Counted from the first letter of the stretch, positions 1 through 9,944 are shown. The stretch: 64,000 nucleotides of DNA from Treponemataceae bacterium (GCA_963677895.2 CAXXGJ010000038.1:1-64000); one strand, 5' to 3'. A program made the numbers and translations. Notes: generated by a model from the letters alone, not told the origin.

Positions 1-1
1 G

Positions 2-220
2 GGCGAGGGCGCCATCCGCGCGGCCCTTGAGGATATCGATTTCAGCCGCGCCCTCGCCCGCGCGACGGCCAAGGAGTACGCCCGCCTGGCAGCCCTTTGG
101 CGAAAGAAAGGCCTCGAACTGAACGAAAATTTCCGGGACAGCATCTATCGGACACTGAAAAGGCAGGGCTTCGACCCCGAAAAAATTTGCGAAGAGCTGG
201 AACGTATCGCTCAAAACTAG
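2..220 (+). CDS. recX: RecX regulatory protein, C-terminal part (5' truncated by window edge)
   Basis: Frame from nt 2 reads GEGAIRAALEDIDFSRALARA...IYRTLKRQGFDPEKICEELERIAQN* (TAG 218-220). The L-x-R-x-G-F...I...L helical repeat is typical of RecX. Confidence 0.6.
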   Translation, partial: GEGAIRAALEDIDFSRALARATAKEYARLAALWRKKGLELNENFRDSIYRTLKRQGFDPEKICEELERIAQN

Positions 221-237
221 AAAATTAAATGTATTAC

Positions 238-267
238 TTGACAGAAGGTGTCAATGGATTCAATAAT
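238..267 (+). promoter_or_regulatory. sigma70-type promoter with overlapping inverted repeat
   Basis: TTGACA (238-243), 18 bp spacer, AATAAT (262-267). TTGACA-N5-TGTCAA dyad at 238-254. Confidence 0.5.
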
Positions 268-302
268 ATGGTATCAGATTCTAAAGATAGGGGGTTTTTC
301 GC

Positions 303-955
303 ATGGATGATGACATCCTGACCATTGAAGAGGTTGCCAGGTACCTCCGCGTATCAGAAAGAACTGTTTACGACTGGCGCAGAAGGGCGAGATACCTTCA
401 GGCAAGATCGGCACGGTCTGGAGATTCAAAAAAAGCGATATTGAACGATGGGTGAATGAAAGGCTCTCCTCCAACCGGCCGGCTGGACTCATCGGTTCGA
501 TCCAGATCCAGAATATCATAGCCCCCAATAGAGTTCTGTTCCTGAATTATACCAAGAAACGCGACGCTCTCATCGCGCTCGCCGAGAATCTTTCCACGGC
601 CCCCCAGATCAAGAACAAGCAGGACTTGATCGCCGAAATTCTCAGGCGCGAGGATCTGATGAGCACGGCCATCGGAAGAGGCATAGCCATACCCCATGTT
701 CGCCTCTCTTCGGTCACCGACCTCGTCGTTTCGGTAGGCGTGTCCAAATGCGACATAACGGACTTCCAGTCCCTCGACGATGTCCCCGTGCGGCTCCTTT
801 TCATGATCGCCGCCGCCTACAACCAGCATGCCTACTACCTTCAGACGCTCTCCTTTTTCTCGGCGCGCCTCAAGGCCGCGGAGCTTAGGGACTCGCTCCT
901 CGCCTGCTCCACGCCCCAGGAAGTCTACGACCTCCTCATCAAGCAGGACGAGTAA
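303..955 (+). pseudogene. Excisionase-type HTH + PTS EIIA (PtsN-like) fusion gene with a 1-nt frameshift near 377
   Basis: ATG 303 gives MDDDILTIEEVARYLRVSERTVYDW. The HTH continues as AQKGEIPSGKIGTVWRFKKSDIERWVNER only in the -1 frame, which is the frame of ORF 452-955 carrying the EIIA motif RE..MSTAIGRGIAIPH. Confidence 0.85.
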
Positions 956-980
956 GACAATAAACCGAAAGCGACAATCG

Positions 981-1029
981 GCCTTCCGGCTTTCCGACCC
1001 TTGGGTCGTGAAACCGGAAGGCTTTTTTT
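981..1029 (+). terminator. Rho-independent terminator
   Basis: Stem GCCTTCCGG (981-989) / CCGGAAGGC (1014-1022) with an inner stem, followed by T7. Confidence 0.8.
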
Positions 1030-1111
1030 AGCCGATAAGGGCATTGTCTTGCGGTTTCCCGGCCATGCATGATAGTCTTGGAAGAGGCAAAACCTAGCAA
1101 AGGAATCAGCG

Positions 1112-4030
1112 TTGTTTCTAAAAAGCCTTGAAATTTTCGGTTTCAAATCCTTCGCGGATCGCACGAAGATAGAATTTTCCGACGGCATATCCGCGCTCCT
1201 GGGTCCCAATGGCTGCGGTAAGTCCAATGTCGTCGACGCCATAAAATGGGTCGTTGGCGAACAGTCGGCCAGGAGCCTGCGAGCGGAAACCATGGAAGAC
1301 ATCATCTTCAATGGAACCGAAAGCAGAAAGCCGCTCTCAGTGGCGGAAGTAACCATAACCATCTCGAACGAAACGGGGACACTCCCTCTGGATGTACCCG
1401 AAGTAGCCATCAAACGACGTCTCTACCGATCCGGCGAGAGCGAATACTATATCAACGGCAAACTCGCCAAACTCAAGGAAGTCCGGGAGCTTTTCTGGGA
1501 CACGGGCATCGGAAAATCCGCCTATTCGGTGATGGAACAGGGCAAGATCGACCAGATCCTCTCCTCCAAACCGGAAGACAGGCGCTATCTCTTCGAGGAA
1601 GCCGCCGGCATCACCAAGCATAAGGTGAGGGTCCGGGAAGCCGAAACGAAGCTTGAACGCACCGAAGAGAACATGAAACAGATCGAGGCCGTTCTGGCCG
1701 AGGTCAAGCGCTCCCATGACGCTCTCAAGCACCAGGCCGAAAAGACGGTCTCGTTCCGCGTGCTCAAGGACAAGATCTTCGACGTGGAAAAGGATGTTTA
1801 CCTTCTCCGCCTGAGGCAGTTCATACGCGACAAGGACAAGAGGGACGAGGAATTCGCCGCCAAGAAACTGGAAAGGGAGAAGGTCAAGGCGGAATCGGAA
1901 GCTCTCACCGCCTCTATGTCCGAGAGTCTAGATCTCGTCAACGAGATGGAATCGCGGCTCGTGGAGATGCAGAAGAACCTCTACGGACTGGCCGTGGAGA
2001 AGAACGGAGCGGAAAAACACAAGAGCCTCATCGTGGACAGGATCCGCGAGATCAAATCCAAGATCGAACAGCTCGAACTCAGATCCAAGAGCATAAAGGA
2101 CAAGATAGCCGCGCTCCGTGACGAAGAAGCCGACAAGGAAGGCGAACTTTCCGATTACAAGACCCGCCTCAAGGAGACCGAGAAACACATCGAGGAGTTC
2201 GAGTCCGGCATAAAGGCGGCAAGCTTGGCCCTGCGAAGCAACGACGAGGAGGCCGCCAAATGCGGCGTCTCGATTCAGCGCATCGAGGAAGAAATCGCCG
2301 TCGCGCGCCTCGCCTTGGATGACATAACCGAGGCGATCGTCCAGCAGCTCGACTCCCGTCTCAAGGAAATTGGATATTCGTCGGCCGAAAGACATTCCCT
2401 GGAAGCGGATATCCAGGCTCTCATAGACAGGATCAAGACACGCTTTGAAAGCCGGGCGAGCCTCCTGTCCGACGTCAAGCGTTCCATGACCTATGAGGGG
2501 AAAAGCGCGGGCGATTTCGTGGCCACGGTGCTCAAGGTTGTCGAGGACCTAAGCGGAGCCTCGCAGTCGCTCGCCGAACTAGCAGAAAAATTTTCCGTCT
2601 ACAAGAAGACGACTCCTTCTTTCCTGGATGAATTCCTCTCGCCCGAAGGCATCATCACGAAGAAGAGGGCGGTCGACACGTCCATCGCCCAGAGTCTGGA
2701 TAAGATAGGAACGCACAAGGCAACGATCGACGAACTCGGCGCGGAGAACAAGCAGCTCGCCGTCAGGATCGACGCGTATCGCCGCACCCTGGAAGAGGCG
2801 CGTCTCGGGAAAACCAAACTTCAGACACAGATGTCGGGCGCCCAGGACGCCATCGCCGTGTTTAGAAGGGAGATCGCCGGCCAGGAAGCGACGCTGCGCG
2901 AGCAGGAAACGGAAATTTTTTCCGAATCCCGCAGGCTTGGCGAACTGGACGAGGAACTCGGCGAAATCGACTCGGAGCTGGCCGAATTCGAAGCGAAGGG
3001 CAAGAAGCTCGCTTTGGAGATGGATTCCCTCGAAAAGGGCATCGCCTTCAAGAATTCCGATCTGGTCCAGAGGAAGAAGGATTCGATGCGTCTCGCCGAC
3101 AAGATGCAGTCGGTCCAGACGGAACTGGAGACTATTCATCTCTCGATCGCCCAAAGCGAGACGGAGATCAAGAATATACGCGAGAACTTCCTCGAGCTTT
3201 ATTCGCGCGACCTATCCGAATTCGAGGAGAGGATGTTCGAACTGCGGACGCCTCTTTCGACGTTGCGCGACGAGCTTTCCGCCTATCGGGGCAAGCTCAA
3301 GGACCTGGGATCGGTCAACCTCATGGCGCCGGAGGAATACAAGGAAGTCAAGGAACGCTACGATTTCCTCTCGGCGCAGATGGCCGACCTTCAGAAGGCG
3401 AGGGACGATCTCCGGCAGATCACCGACGAGATACGCAACGAAAGCGCCGAACTTTTCCTCGAGACCTACAACAAGATCAAGAAAAATTTCCACAACATGT
3501 TCAGGAGGCTTTTCGGAGGGGGAAGGGCCGAGCTGCGGCTCTCCGACCCCGACTACATACTCGAGTCGGGCATCGAAATTCTCGCCCAGCCTCCAGGGAA
3601 GAAGCTGGAAGCCATTTCCCTGCTGTCGGGAGGCGAGAAGACGCTCACGGCTATCGCTCTCCTCTTCGCCACCTATATGGTCAAGCCTTCGCCCTTCTGT
3701 TTCCTGGACGAAATAGACGCCGCCCTCGACGAAGCGAACGTTATACGCTTCATCAATCTGCTTCGCGAATTTTCCCGGACGAGCCAGTTCATCGTGATTT
3801 CGCACAACAAGAAGACGGTGAGCGGCGCTGATACCCTCCTCGGCGTCACGATGGAGGAATCGGGCATAACGAAGGCCATCGCCGTCAAGCTCGAACATCA
3901 TCAGGCCGGGGAGGCTTCCCTCGTCATTCTGCCCTCCGCGGAAAAGATCGAGGACGAGGATGTGGAATTCGAGGCGGGAAGGGAACTTCCCCCGCAGCCG
4001 GGCGCTAAGAAAGAGTCCGCCGATGCCTGA
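1112..4030 (+). CDS. smc: Chromosome segregation protein SMC (short spirochete type)
   Basis: GFKSF, Walker A GPNGCGKSN, Q-loop MEQG, long coiled coils, signature LSGGE, Walker B/D-loop FLDEIDAALD. TTG start. Confidence 0.95.
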   Translation: MFLKSLEIFGFKSFADRTKIEFSDGISALLGPNGCGKSNVVDAIKWVVGEQSARSLRAETMEDIIFNGTESRKPLSVAEVTITISNETGTLPLDVPEVAIKRRLYRSGESEYYINGKLAKLKEVRELFWDTGIGKSAYSVMEQGKIDQILSSKPEDRRYLFEEAAGITKHKVRVREAETKLERTEENMKQIEAVLAEVKRSHDALKHQAEKTVSFRVLKDKIFDVEKDVYLLRLRQFIRDKDKRDEEFAAKKLEREKVKAESEALTASMSESLDLVNEMESRLVEMQKNLYGLAVEKNGAEKHKSLIVDRIREIKSKIEQLELRSKSIKDKIAALRDEEADKEGELSDYKTRLKETEKHIEEFESGIKAASLALRSNDEEAAKCGVSIQRIEEEIAVARLALDDITEAIVQQLDSRLKEIGYSSAERHSLEADIQALIDRIKTRFESRASLLSDVKRSMTYEGKSAGDFVATVLKVVEDLSGASQSLAELAEKFSVYKKTTPSFLDEFLSPEGIITKKRAVDTSIAQSLDKIGTHKATIDELGAENKQLAVRIDAYRRTLEEARLGKTKLQTQMSGAQDAIAVFRREIAGQEATLREQETEIFSESRRLGELDEELGEIDSELAEFEAKGKKLALEMDSLEKGIAFKNSDLVQRKKDSMRLADKMQSVQTELETIHLSIAQSETEIKNIRENFLELYSRDLSEFEERMFELRTPLSTLRDELSAYRGKLKDLGSVNLMAPEEYKEVKERYDFLSAQMADLQKARDDLRQITDEIRNESAELFLETYNKIKKNFHNMFRRLFGGGRAELRLSDPDYILESGIEILAQPPGKKLEAISLLSGGEKTLTAIALLFATYMVKPSPFCFLDEIDAALDEANVIRFINLLREFSRTSQFIVISHNKKTVSGADTLLGVTMEESGITKAIAVKLEHHQAGEASLVILPSAEKIEDEDVEFEAGRELPPQPGAKKESADA

Positions 4031-5225
4031 GACCGTAAAGGAATTCTATCTCCGCCCCGCGGCGGTGAGCGGCGAAGCCAAGGTCCTGGAAATACGCGAT
4101 TTCGGCTCGGCCAAGGATGTACTCCTGGACCGCACAATTTTCTACCCTGAAGGCGGCGGCCAGCCATGCGATCTGGGCACCCTGGGGGGAATGGCGGTCG
4201 CCGGCGTCGAGGAAGAGGGATCGGTCGTGCTGCACAGGATAGAGGGCGAGCTTCCCTTCGCGGTGGGCGATACGGTGACGATGAGGATCGATGCCGCGAG
4301 GCGGCGCGACCACAGCCAACAGCATTCCGGACAGCACCTTCTTTCGGCCATCCTCGAGCGGGAGTACGGCGTGCACACGATCGGCTTTCATCTCGGCGCC
4401 GCCTACAGCACTATCGACGTGTCCCGCGACTCGATGGACGCGTCCATGATCGAAAGCATCGAGAAAGCCGCCGAAAGCTTCATTGTCGGCGACCGTCCCT
4501 ATATCGTTCATTTCTGTCCGCCTGAGGACGCGTATTCCTTCCCGATACGCAAGAAACTGCCCGCCGGCGAAACCAAGATCACCATCGTCGAGATCGAGGG
4601 TTACGACTGGGTAGCCTGCTGCGGAACCCATATCGCTTCCGCTTCCGCGCTTCGCGTCCTCAAGATTCTTTCTACGGAAAGATACAAGGGCAACACGAGG
4701 ATATATTTTATCGCCGGTGACAGGGCCGTCGCCCTCCTCGGAAAGTATTTCGGCATGCTCAAGGACGTAGCGGGACAGTTGGGGACTTCGCTCGAGGAAT
4801 CCCCGGCCAAGCTGGCGTCGGCGCTGCGCCGCGCGGGGATTCTGGAAGGCGAAAGAAACCTCCTGATCCGCGAAAGGGCAGGCATGGAAATCGATCTGGC
4901 GCTTCAATCTTCCAGCTTGGCCGGTGGCAGGCTCCTTCGCTTTAGCTATGCCGACAGGGACGCCGATACCGCTATGGAAACGGTCAAGGCCGGCGCGGCC
5001 CGCGGCTTCTCCGTCATAGCCCTGTCGATGCCCGACATGACCGTCTGCGTTATGCGACCCTCGGACCAATCGGATAAGCCCATCGCGCTCGGCGCCGCGC
5101 TGAAGCCAGCGCTCCAGCAATTCGAGGGAAGGGGCGGCGGCGGACTTGGCAACTTCAGGGCCGTCTTCCAGTCCGCGGCGAACGCGGAAGGCTTCGCCGA
5201 TAAAGCGGCCTCATTCCTGAACTAG
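4023..5225 (+). CDS. AlaX-like alanyl-tRNA editing protein with DHHA1-like C-terminus
   Basis: TIFYPEGGGQP, HSQQHSGQHLL (HxxxH), CCGTH (CxxxH-like), C-terminal GRGGG. ATG 4023 overlaps the smc stop. Confidence 0.88.
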   Translation: MPETVKEFYLRPAAVSGEAKVLEIRDFGSAKDVLLDRTIFYPEGGGQPCDLGTLGGMAVAGVEEEGSVVLHRIEGELPFAVGDTVTMRIDAARRRDHSQQHSGQHLLSAILEREYGVHTIGFHLGAAYSTIDVSRDSMDASMIESIEKAAESFIVGDRPYIVHFCPPEDAYSFPIRKKLPAGETKITIVEIEGYDWVACCGTHIASASALRVLKILSTERYKGNTRIYFIAGDRAVALLGKYFGMLKDVAGQLGTSLEESPAKLASALRRAGILEGERNLLIRERAGMEIDLALQSSSLAGGRLLRFSYADRDADTAMETVKAGAARGFSVIALSMPDMTVCVMRPSDQSDKPIALGAALKPALQQFEGRGGGGLGNFRAVFQSAANAEGFADKAASFLN

Positions 5226-5268
5226 GCAGCCTCACTCCTTCATCAATTATCCATCTTCGACATGCCAT

Positions 5269-6519
5269 TCATATCCCAGTTCTGGCCGAGGGCGCCGCGG
5301 GGCCCCGGGCTCTCTCATAGGCTTCTAGTCCGATCATGAGCGCGGCCGCTCCTACGCCTATGAAAAAGGCGATGGGCCAGATGGATGCGGCGCCGCCTCT
5401 ATGGATTATCGCGCCTGAGATGAGGGGAGATGAAAGCGAACCCAGGTTGGTGATGACCGTCACCGCCGAATTGACCCGCCCCCTGTGGCTCGCCGGAGTC
5501 CTGGACGCGACATAGACATTGATGTTGGTGGCGGAGAGTATCTCCCCCCAGGTCCATATCACGGTGGAAGCGATGACCAGGAAAAAGCCGGGTGGAAACG
5601 ATAGGATTCCGAAGCCGATCGCGTAGAGCAGGCTGGCCGTGGCCATGATGACCAATACGGGCGTCCTCGACATCAGCCTGGACAATAAAAGCGTGCAGAA
5701 TACGACGGTGATGCCGTTCACCGTCATCGCCGATCCGTAAATCTCGGCGCCCCTGTCCCCGAGCATATCGTTGAGATAGAGAGGAAGGCTGAACCCGTTC
5801 TGGTTATATACGAAATTCATCACCGCCACGATGAGGGCAAACATGACGATAGTGGGTCTCTCTTTCAAGACGGAAACGAGGCTTCCGGAGTGTGAGGCTT
5901 CAGCGTCGGCGGCCGTTCCGCCGCCGGCGGCTTCCGCGGCTTGGGCGGTCAAGCCTGTTTCAGGGATGAATTTCATCATTATGATAATGGATGCGCAGAG
6001 GGCGCAGCCGTTGCCGAGAAACATGAGCCCTGGAGCCCTGTGGAAGAGGAAGCCGGCGGCGAGGGGACCCAGCGAAAAACCTATGTTGTTGCCCCAATAG
6101 AGCATCGCGTACGCGGATTTCCTTGTGGCGGGATCGGGTACCATGTCGGCCACGAGGGCGTTTATCACCGGCCAGGTCATGCTGAGGACGATGGACGCGC
6201 CGGCGATGAGAAAGGGAAGAATCGGCTTGAATCCGATCGCGAGGCTGGCGAAGAAAAGGAGGACTGCCGTGCCTTGGCAGATCAGGATGATTTTCTTCCT
6301 CCCGACGATATCGCTGAGCCTGCCGCCGAGGAATACGCCCGGAAGCGCCGCGGCATGCATGGCGGTGAGGAAAATGCCGGCTTTTTCCGAGGACCAGCCC
6401 AGCCTCGTCGTCAGGATGAGGGTTAGAAAGGGGAAGATGAAATTGCCGGCGGCTATCACGAGCCGAACGGCGAAAAGCGCCCAAATCGATCGGGGCAAAT
6501 CCTTGAAGGGAATCGTCAT
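5269..6519 (-). CDS. MFS transporter
   Basis: About 12 hydrophobic segments; motif A GGRLSDIVGRK. Confidence 0.9.
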   Translation of the reverse strand: MTIPFKDLPRSIWALFAVRLVIAAGNFIFPFLTLILTTRLGWSSEKAGIFLTAMHAAALPGVFLGGRLSDIVGRKKIILICQGTAVLLFFASLAIGFKPILPFLIAGASIVLSMTWPVINALVADMVPDPATRKSAYAMLYWGNNIGFSLGPLAAGFLFHRAPGLMFLGNGCALCASIIIMMKFIPETGLTAQAAEAAGGGTAADAEASHSGSLVSVLKERPTIVMFALIVAVMNFVYNQNGFSLPLYLNDMLGDRGAEIYGSAMTVNGITVVFCTLLLSRLMSRTPVLVIMATASLLYAIGFGILSFPPGFFLVIASTVIWTWGEILSATNINVYVASRTPASHRGRVNSAVTVITNLGSLSSPLISGAIIHRGGAASIWPIAFFIGVGAAALMIGLEAYERARGPAAPSARTGI

Positions 6520-6551
6520 TGTCGCGCCTTCCTTGTCGGCGCCGCGAAAGC

Positions 6552-7667
6552 TTATAGCTCCAGCGGCCTTCGGTTGTCGGAAAGCCGCCTGGAAAGGTAG
6601 TCCCTGTCCAGGGCGAGCCCCTCCACGAGATAGCGAACCTGTTCCGCCGAAAGGAGATTCTGCTCGGCATAAAGATACACGATGGCCCGCTCGGCGACAC
6701 AGGGAACGAGGAGCGAGTTCATCTGGATGGCGCAGGGCGAATCGCAGTCGATATAGCGGTTTTTCAGCGAGGAATGCAGCCGCGACTGCTCGATGTTGCC
6801 GGCGAGCGCGTTGAGTTCGGCTAGCAGGGGGGCGATATTTCCTCTCGCGGCTTGTTCGCCCAGAGGCTTGAGCGTGAAAAAAGTGTATTCCTTGCCTGGC
6901 AGATAATGATGCTCGTCGCAGCGCGTGCAGTAATTAGGCTCCTGCCCGTCCGATTTCGTCCTGTCGCCGCCGATGATGATGAGTGGGTCGAAATACAGGG
7001 CAGGGCATTCCTTCCCGTCCACGAGATAGTAGCGGTAGGTATAGAGCGAGTCCATGAGGCAATCTTCGTGCTCGCAGTAGGCCGTGAGAGGGAATACATC
7101 GGTCGCGTTTTCGAGGAGGAGTCTCGCCGTCTGGTTGAAGATTTCCCTTCTGAAATTGAGGACGAGGGTGGGGCAGATGAAGCAGAGGTCGCGGCGCCGC
7201 GATTCGTCCGCCATGAGATAGGCGATTCTCTCGTCGAAGAACGCCGCCTCGTCGACAATCCATGTGCCTACGTCGGGATTGTCGGCCAGCAAGGTCTCGA
7301 GCTGAAAAGAATCGCGGGCGGCCCCAATGTGCTTCCCGCATCGCTCGAAGCCTCCGCGGAAAGCCAGCGCGTCGTCCGGGTAATCGGGGAAACGAGACTT
7401 GTCGAGGCTGGACCGCACGACGAAGACTTCCCTCCTGTCGACCGATCCGCTCGAAGTAAGCGATGCCGCGAGGCCTTTCTTCTTGAGCGCCACCTTGCTG
7501 TCGCGCCAAACCCTGGCGGTGAATTCTGTCTTTCCGGAACCCATGGGGCCGATGATGAGAATGCGTCTGGCTGGGCTTATGAAATCGTGATGGGAATATG
7601 ATGTATGCACTTTCAGAAGGGGGAACCCCAGGTTCCTCAGCAGCTGTCCGGTTTCGCCGATGTCCAT
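6552..7667 (-). CDS. tdk: Thymidine kinase (extended spirochete form)
   Basis: P-loop IGPMGSGKT, Walker B VDEAAFF, Zn ligands CEHEDC...CTRC, lasso-like IIIGG. Confidence 0.85.
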   Translation of the reverse strand: MDIGETGQLLRNLGFPLLKVHTSYSHHDFISPARRILIIGPMGSGKTEFTARVWRDSKVALKKKGLAASLTSSGSVDRREVFVVRSSLDKSRFPDYPDDALAFRGGFERCGKHIGAARDSFQLETLLADNPDVGTWIVDEAAFFDERIAYLMADESRRRDLCFICPTLVLNFRREIFNQTARLLLENATDVFPLTAYCEHEDCLMDSLYTYRYYLVDGKECPALYFDPLIIIGGDRTKSDGQEPNYCTRCDEHHYLPGKEYTFFTLKPLGEQAARGNIAPLLAELNALAGNIEQSRLHSSLKNRYIDCDSPCAIQMNSLLVPCVAERAIVYLYAEQNLLSAEQVRYLVEGLALDRDYLSRRLSDNRRPLEL

Positions 7668-7681
7668 GAACGTTTATCCTT

Positions 7682-9337
7682 TCAAAGCGCCGGATATGCC
7701 GCCTGAGCGGCAGTCGTTTCCATCGAAGCGGCCGCCGCGACCGAACCCGATTCCGCGCTCGCGACATTGGGCTGGATGCTGGGGCTGCCGAATTTTAAGT
7801 ATTTATAGGGATGAATGCTGAGGGCGTTCTGGTACCAGCCCTCTATATAGTCTATATCGATGACCGAAGCCTCGAAACTATGATAGATGGGAAGGACCAC
7901 CGCTTTCTGCAGCAGGAATGTCTCGGCTTCGGCGAGAAGGCCCATCCGCTCCTTGCCTTCCTTGTCGTAGGATTTGGCGAGAAGGGCCTGGAATTCAGCA
8001 TCAGCGAAACCGGCGTCGTTGAGGGGTGAATCCGGCGTCCACATCTGGAGGAAGGCTTCGGGATCGGCAAAATCGCCGATCCATGTCGTGTGAGCGAGGG
8101 TGATGCCTTTCGCTTTTTTATCGCCGGTGATGATGTCGTAATATTTGGAAGGGCTGACAGGCACGAGGGTGACCTTCAGCGAGGGCAGGGCTTTCCAGGC
8201 GGTCTGGAAAAGCAATGCCAGACGCTTGTTATCCTGACCTTCCGCGAAGAAAATGCTGAGTTCGGGAAGACCTTTTCCCTCTGGATACCCCGCAGCTTCG
8301 AGCAGCTTCAGGGCTTCGTCCCTGTCCTGGTTTTCTATGCCTTTCGCCTGGCTGTATCCGGGAAGGGGGAGGACGAGGGTTGTCGCCGGTACCATGTATT
8401 TCGAAGGATCGCGCAATTCTTTCCAAGGCAGGAGGAGGGCCAAGGCCCTGCGCGCTGAGGCCTGGTCCCAGGGAGTCTCGGAGCAATTGAAGAACCAGTA
8501 ATGAGTGGAGAAAATCGGGTTGACCTGGATTGCTTCCTCCATCAGAATGGCATCATAGTCGCCTGGTCCGGAGAGCCAGTGGGCCTCTTCGTTGTTGAAC
8601 ATTCTGGAGGCGGCTTCGTCGTCATCGCTGAAAAGGATGGCGAGCATGGGAATGGAGACGGATTTTTCGTCCCAGTATCGGGGATTCTTTTCCAGCGAGA
8701 GCCGGCCTTTTTCGAACGCCTTGAACTGGTAGGGGCCGTTGACGGGGAAGGGAATGCGTTTGGCCCAATTTTCGGCTTTCAGCATGGATGGGTGAATGGG
8801 GGCGAAGGCGTGATGGCAGAGAAGTCTCGTGAAATACGCGGCTGGTCTGTTCAGCGTGACGACAAGTGTCCTTTCTTCCGTCGCCTGTATGCCGACGGTT
8901 TCAGAATTCGGGTTTTTTCCGAGTCTGTAGTCGCGGGCGCCGGCGATGATGTCGAAGAAGGTGGCGTACTGGCCGTTGAGGTCGAGCATGCGCATCCAGG
9001 AATTCCTGAAATCGGAAGCGAGAAGGGGGCTGCCGTCGGACCATCTGGCATCCTGGCGAATCTGGAAGGTATAGACCATGCCATCTTTCGTTTTTTTCCA
9101 GGAAGAGGCGGCGGCCGCAAGGGGTTCGAGGTTGGCTCCGTCATAGGAGAAAAGACCTTCGTACAAGGCCGTGAATATCTGGGCTTCCGTCGAATATATC
9201 GAATGGTGGGGGTCGAACTCAGGCAGCGTGTCGCCGAATATCGTCACGAATTCCTTGGGGGATTCATCCTGGGCCGATAACGCGGGGAGAGCCAGAACCA
9301 TCATCAGTAGCATGGCGAATAGTTTGGTTTTCATCAT
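7682..9337 (-). CDS. Peptide ABC transporter substrate-binding protein (family 5, OppA-like)
   Basis: Signal peptide; LYEGL, YTFQIRQDARWSDG, NGPY, KNPRYWD and WIGDFADP motifs. Confidence 0.9.
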   Translation of the reverse strand: MMKTKLFAMLLMMVLALPALSAQDESPKEFVTIFGDTLPEFDPHHSIYSTEAQIFTALYEGLFSYDGANLEPLAAAASSWKKTKDGMVYTFQIRQDARWSDGSPLLASDFRNSWMRMLDLNGQYATFFDIIAGARDYRLGKNPNSETVGIQATEERTLVVTLNRPAAYFTRLLCHHAFAPIHPSMLKAENWAKRIPFPVNGPYQFKAFEKGRLSLEKNPRYWDEKSVSIPMLAILFSDDDEAASRMFNNEEAHWLSGPGDYDAILMEEAIQVNPIFSTHYWFFNCSETPWDQASARRALALLLPWKELRDPSKYMVPATTLVLPLPGYSQAKGIENQDRDEALKLLEAAGYPEGKGLPELSIFFAEGQDNKRLALLFQTAWKALPSLKVTLVPVSPSKYYDIITGDKKAKGITLAHTTWIGDFADPEAFLQMWTPDSPLNDAGFADAEFQALLAKSYDKEGKERMGLLAEAETFLLQKAVVLPIYHSFEASVIDIDYIEGWYQNALSIHPYKYLKFGSPSIQPNVASAESGSVAAAASMETTAAQAAYPAL

Positions 9338-9375
9338 GATCGAGTATGCGATAAAACAGCAGGGAAGGCAACAGT

Positions 9376-9900
9376 ATGGGTACGTCCGCAGCGTTTGGAA
9401 AGGAAATCCTCGTCATCGGAGTCCTGTCGAGCGATGTCGGCGTCGAAGAGGCCGTTCTCGCGGCATTGGCGCGACGCTTTGGTCCCGCCGAAACCGTGAC
9501 GTCCAGACAAGAGTTCACATGGACCGATTACTACGTCCGCGAAATGGGCGCTCCGATTTGGCGTTATTACATCCAGTTCAGGGATTTCGTGGATCCTTCC
9601 AGTCTGGCCGCGATCAAGACGGATACCAACGCCTTTGAGGCGGGTTTCGCGGCGAATGGCGCCGGGCGGCGCGTCAACCTGGATCCCGGACTTCTCGCGC
9701 CGGGGCGATTCGTCCTCGCGACGACGAAGGACAGGGCTCACAGGATCGCGCTCAGCGATGGCATCTATGCCGAACTGACGCTTATCTTCGAGAAGAAGGA
9801 GTTCCACGCTCTGCCTTGGACATATCCCGACTGGGCTTCGGAACCGGTGAGAACCATGCTTGGGCAATGGAGAAAACGAATTTTCGCTCCTCTGAGTTGA
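9376..9900 (+). CDS. DUF4416 family protein
   Basis: TDYY..EMG, RRVNLDPG, LATTK..HRI...GIYAELTL and PWTYPD pattern. Confidence 0.8.
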   Translation: MGTSAAFGKEILVIGVLSSDVGVEEAVLAALARRFGPAETVTSRQEFTWTDYYVREMGAPIWRYYIQFRDFVDPSSLAAIKTDTNAFEAGFAANGAGRRVNLDPGLLAPGRFVLATTKDRAHRIALSDGIYAELTLIFEKKEFHALPWTYPDWASEPVRTMLGQWRKRIFAPLS

Positions 9901-9944
9901 AGCGGGATTTCGGCGCGCCGGCGTTTGGTGGGTGGAGGACGCCG

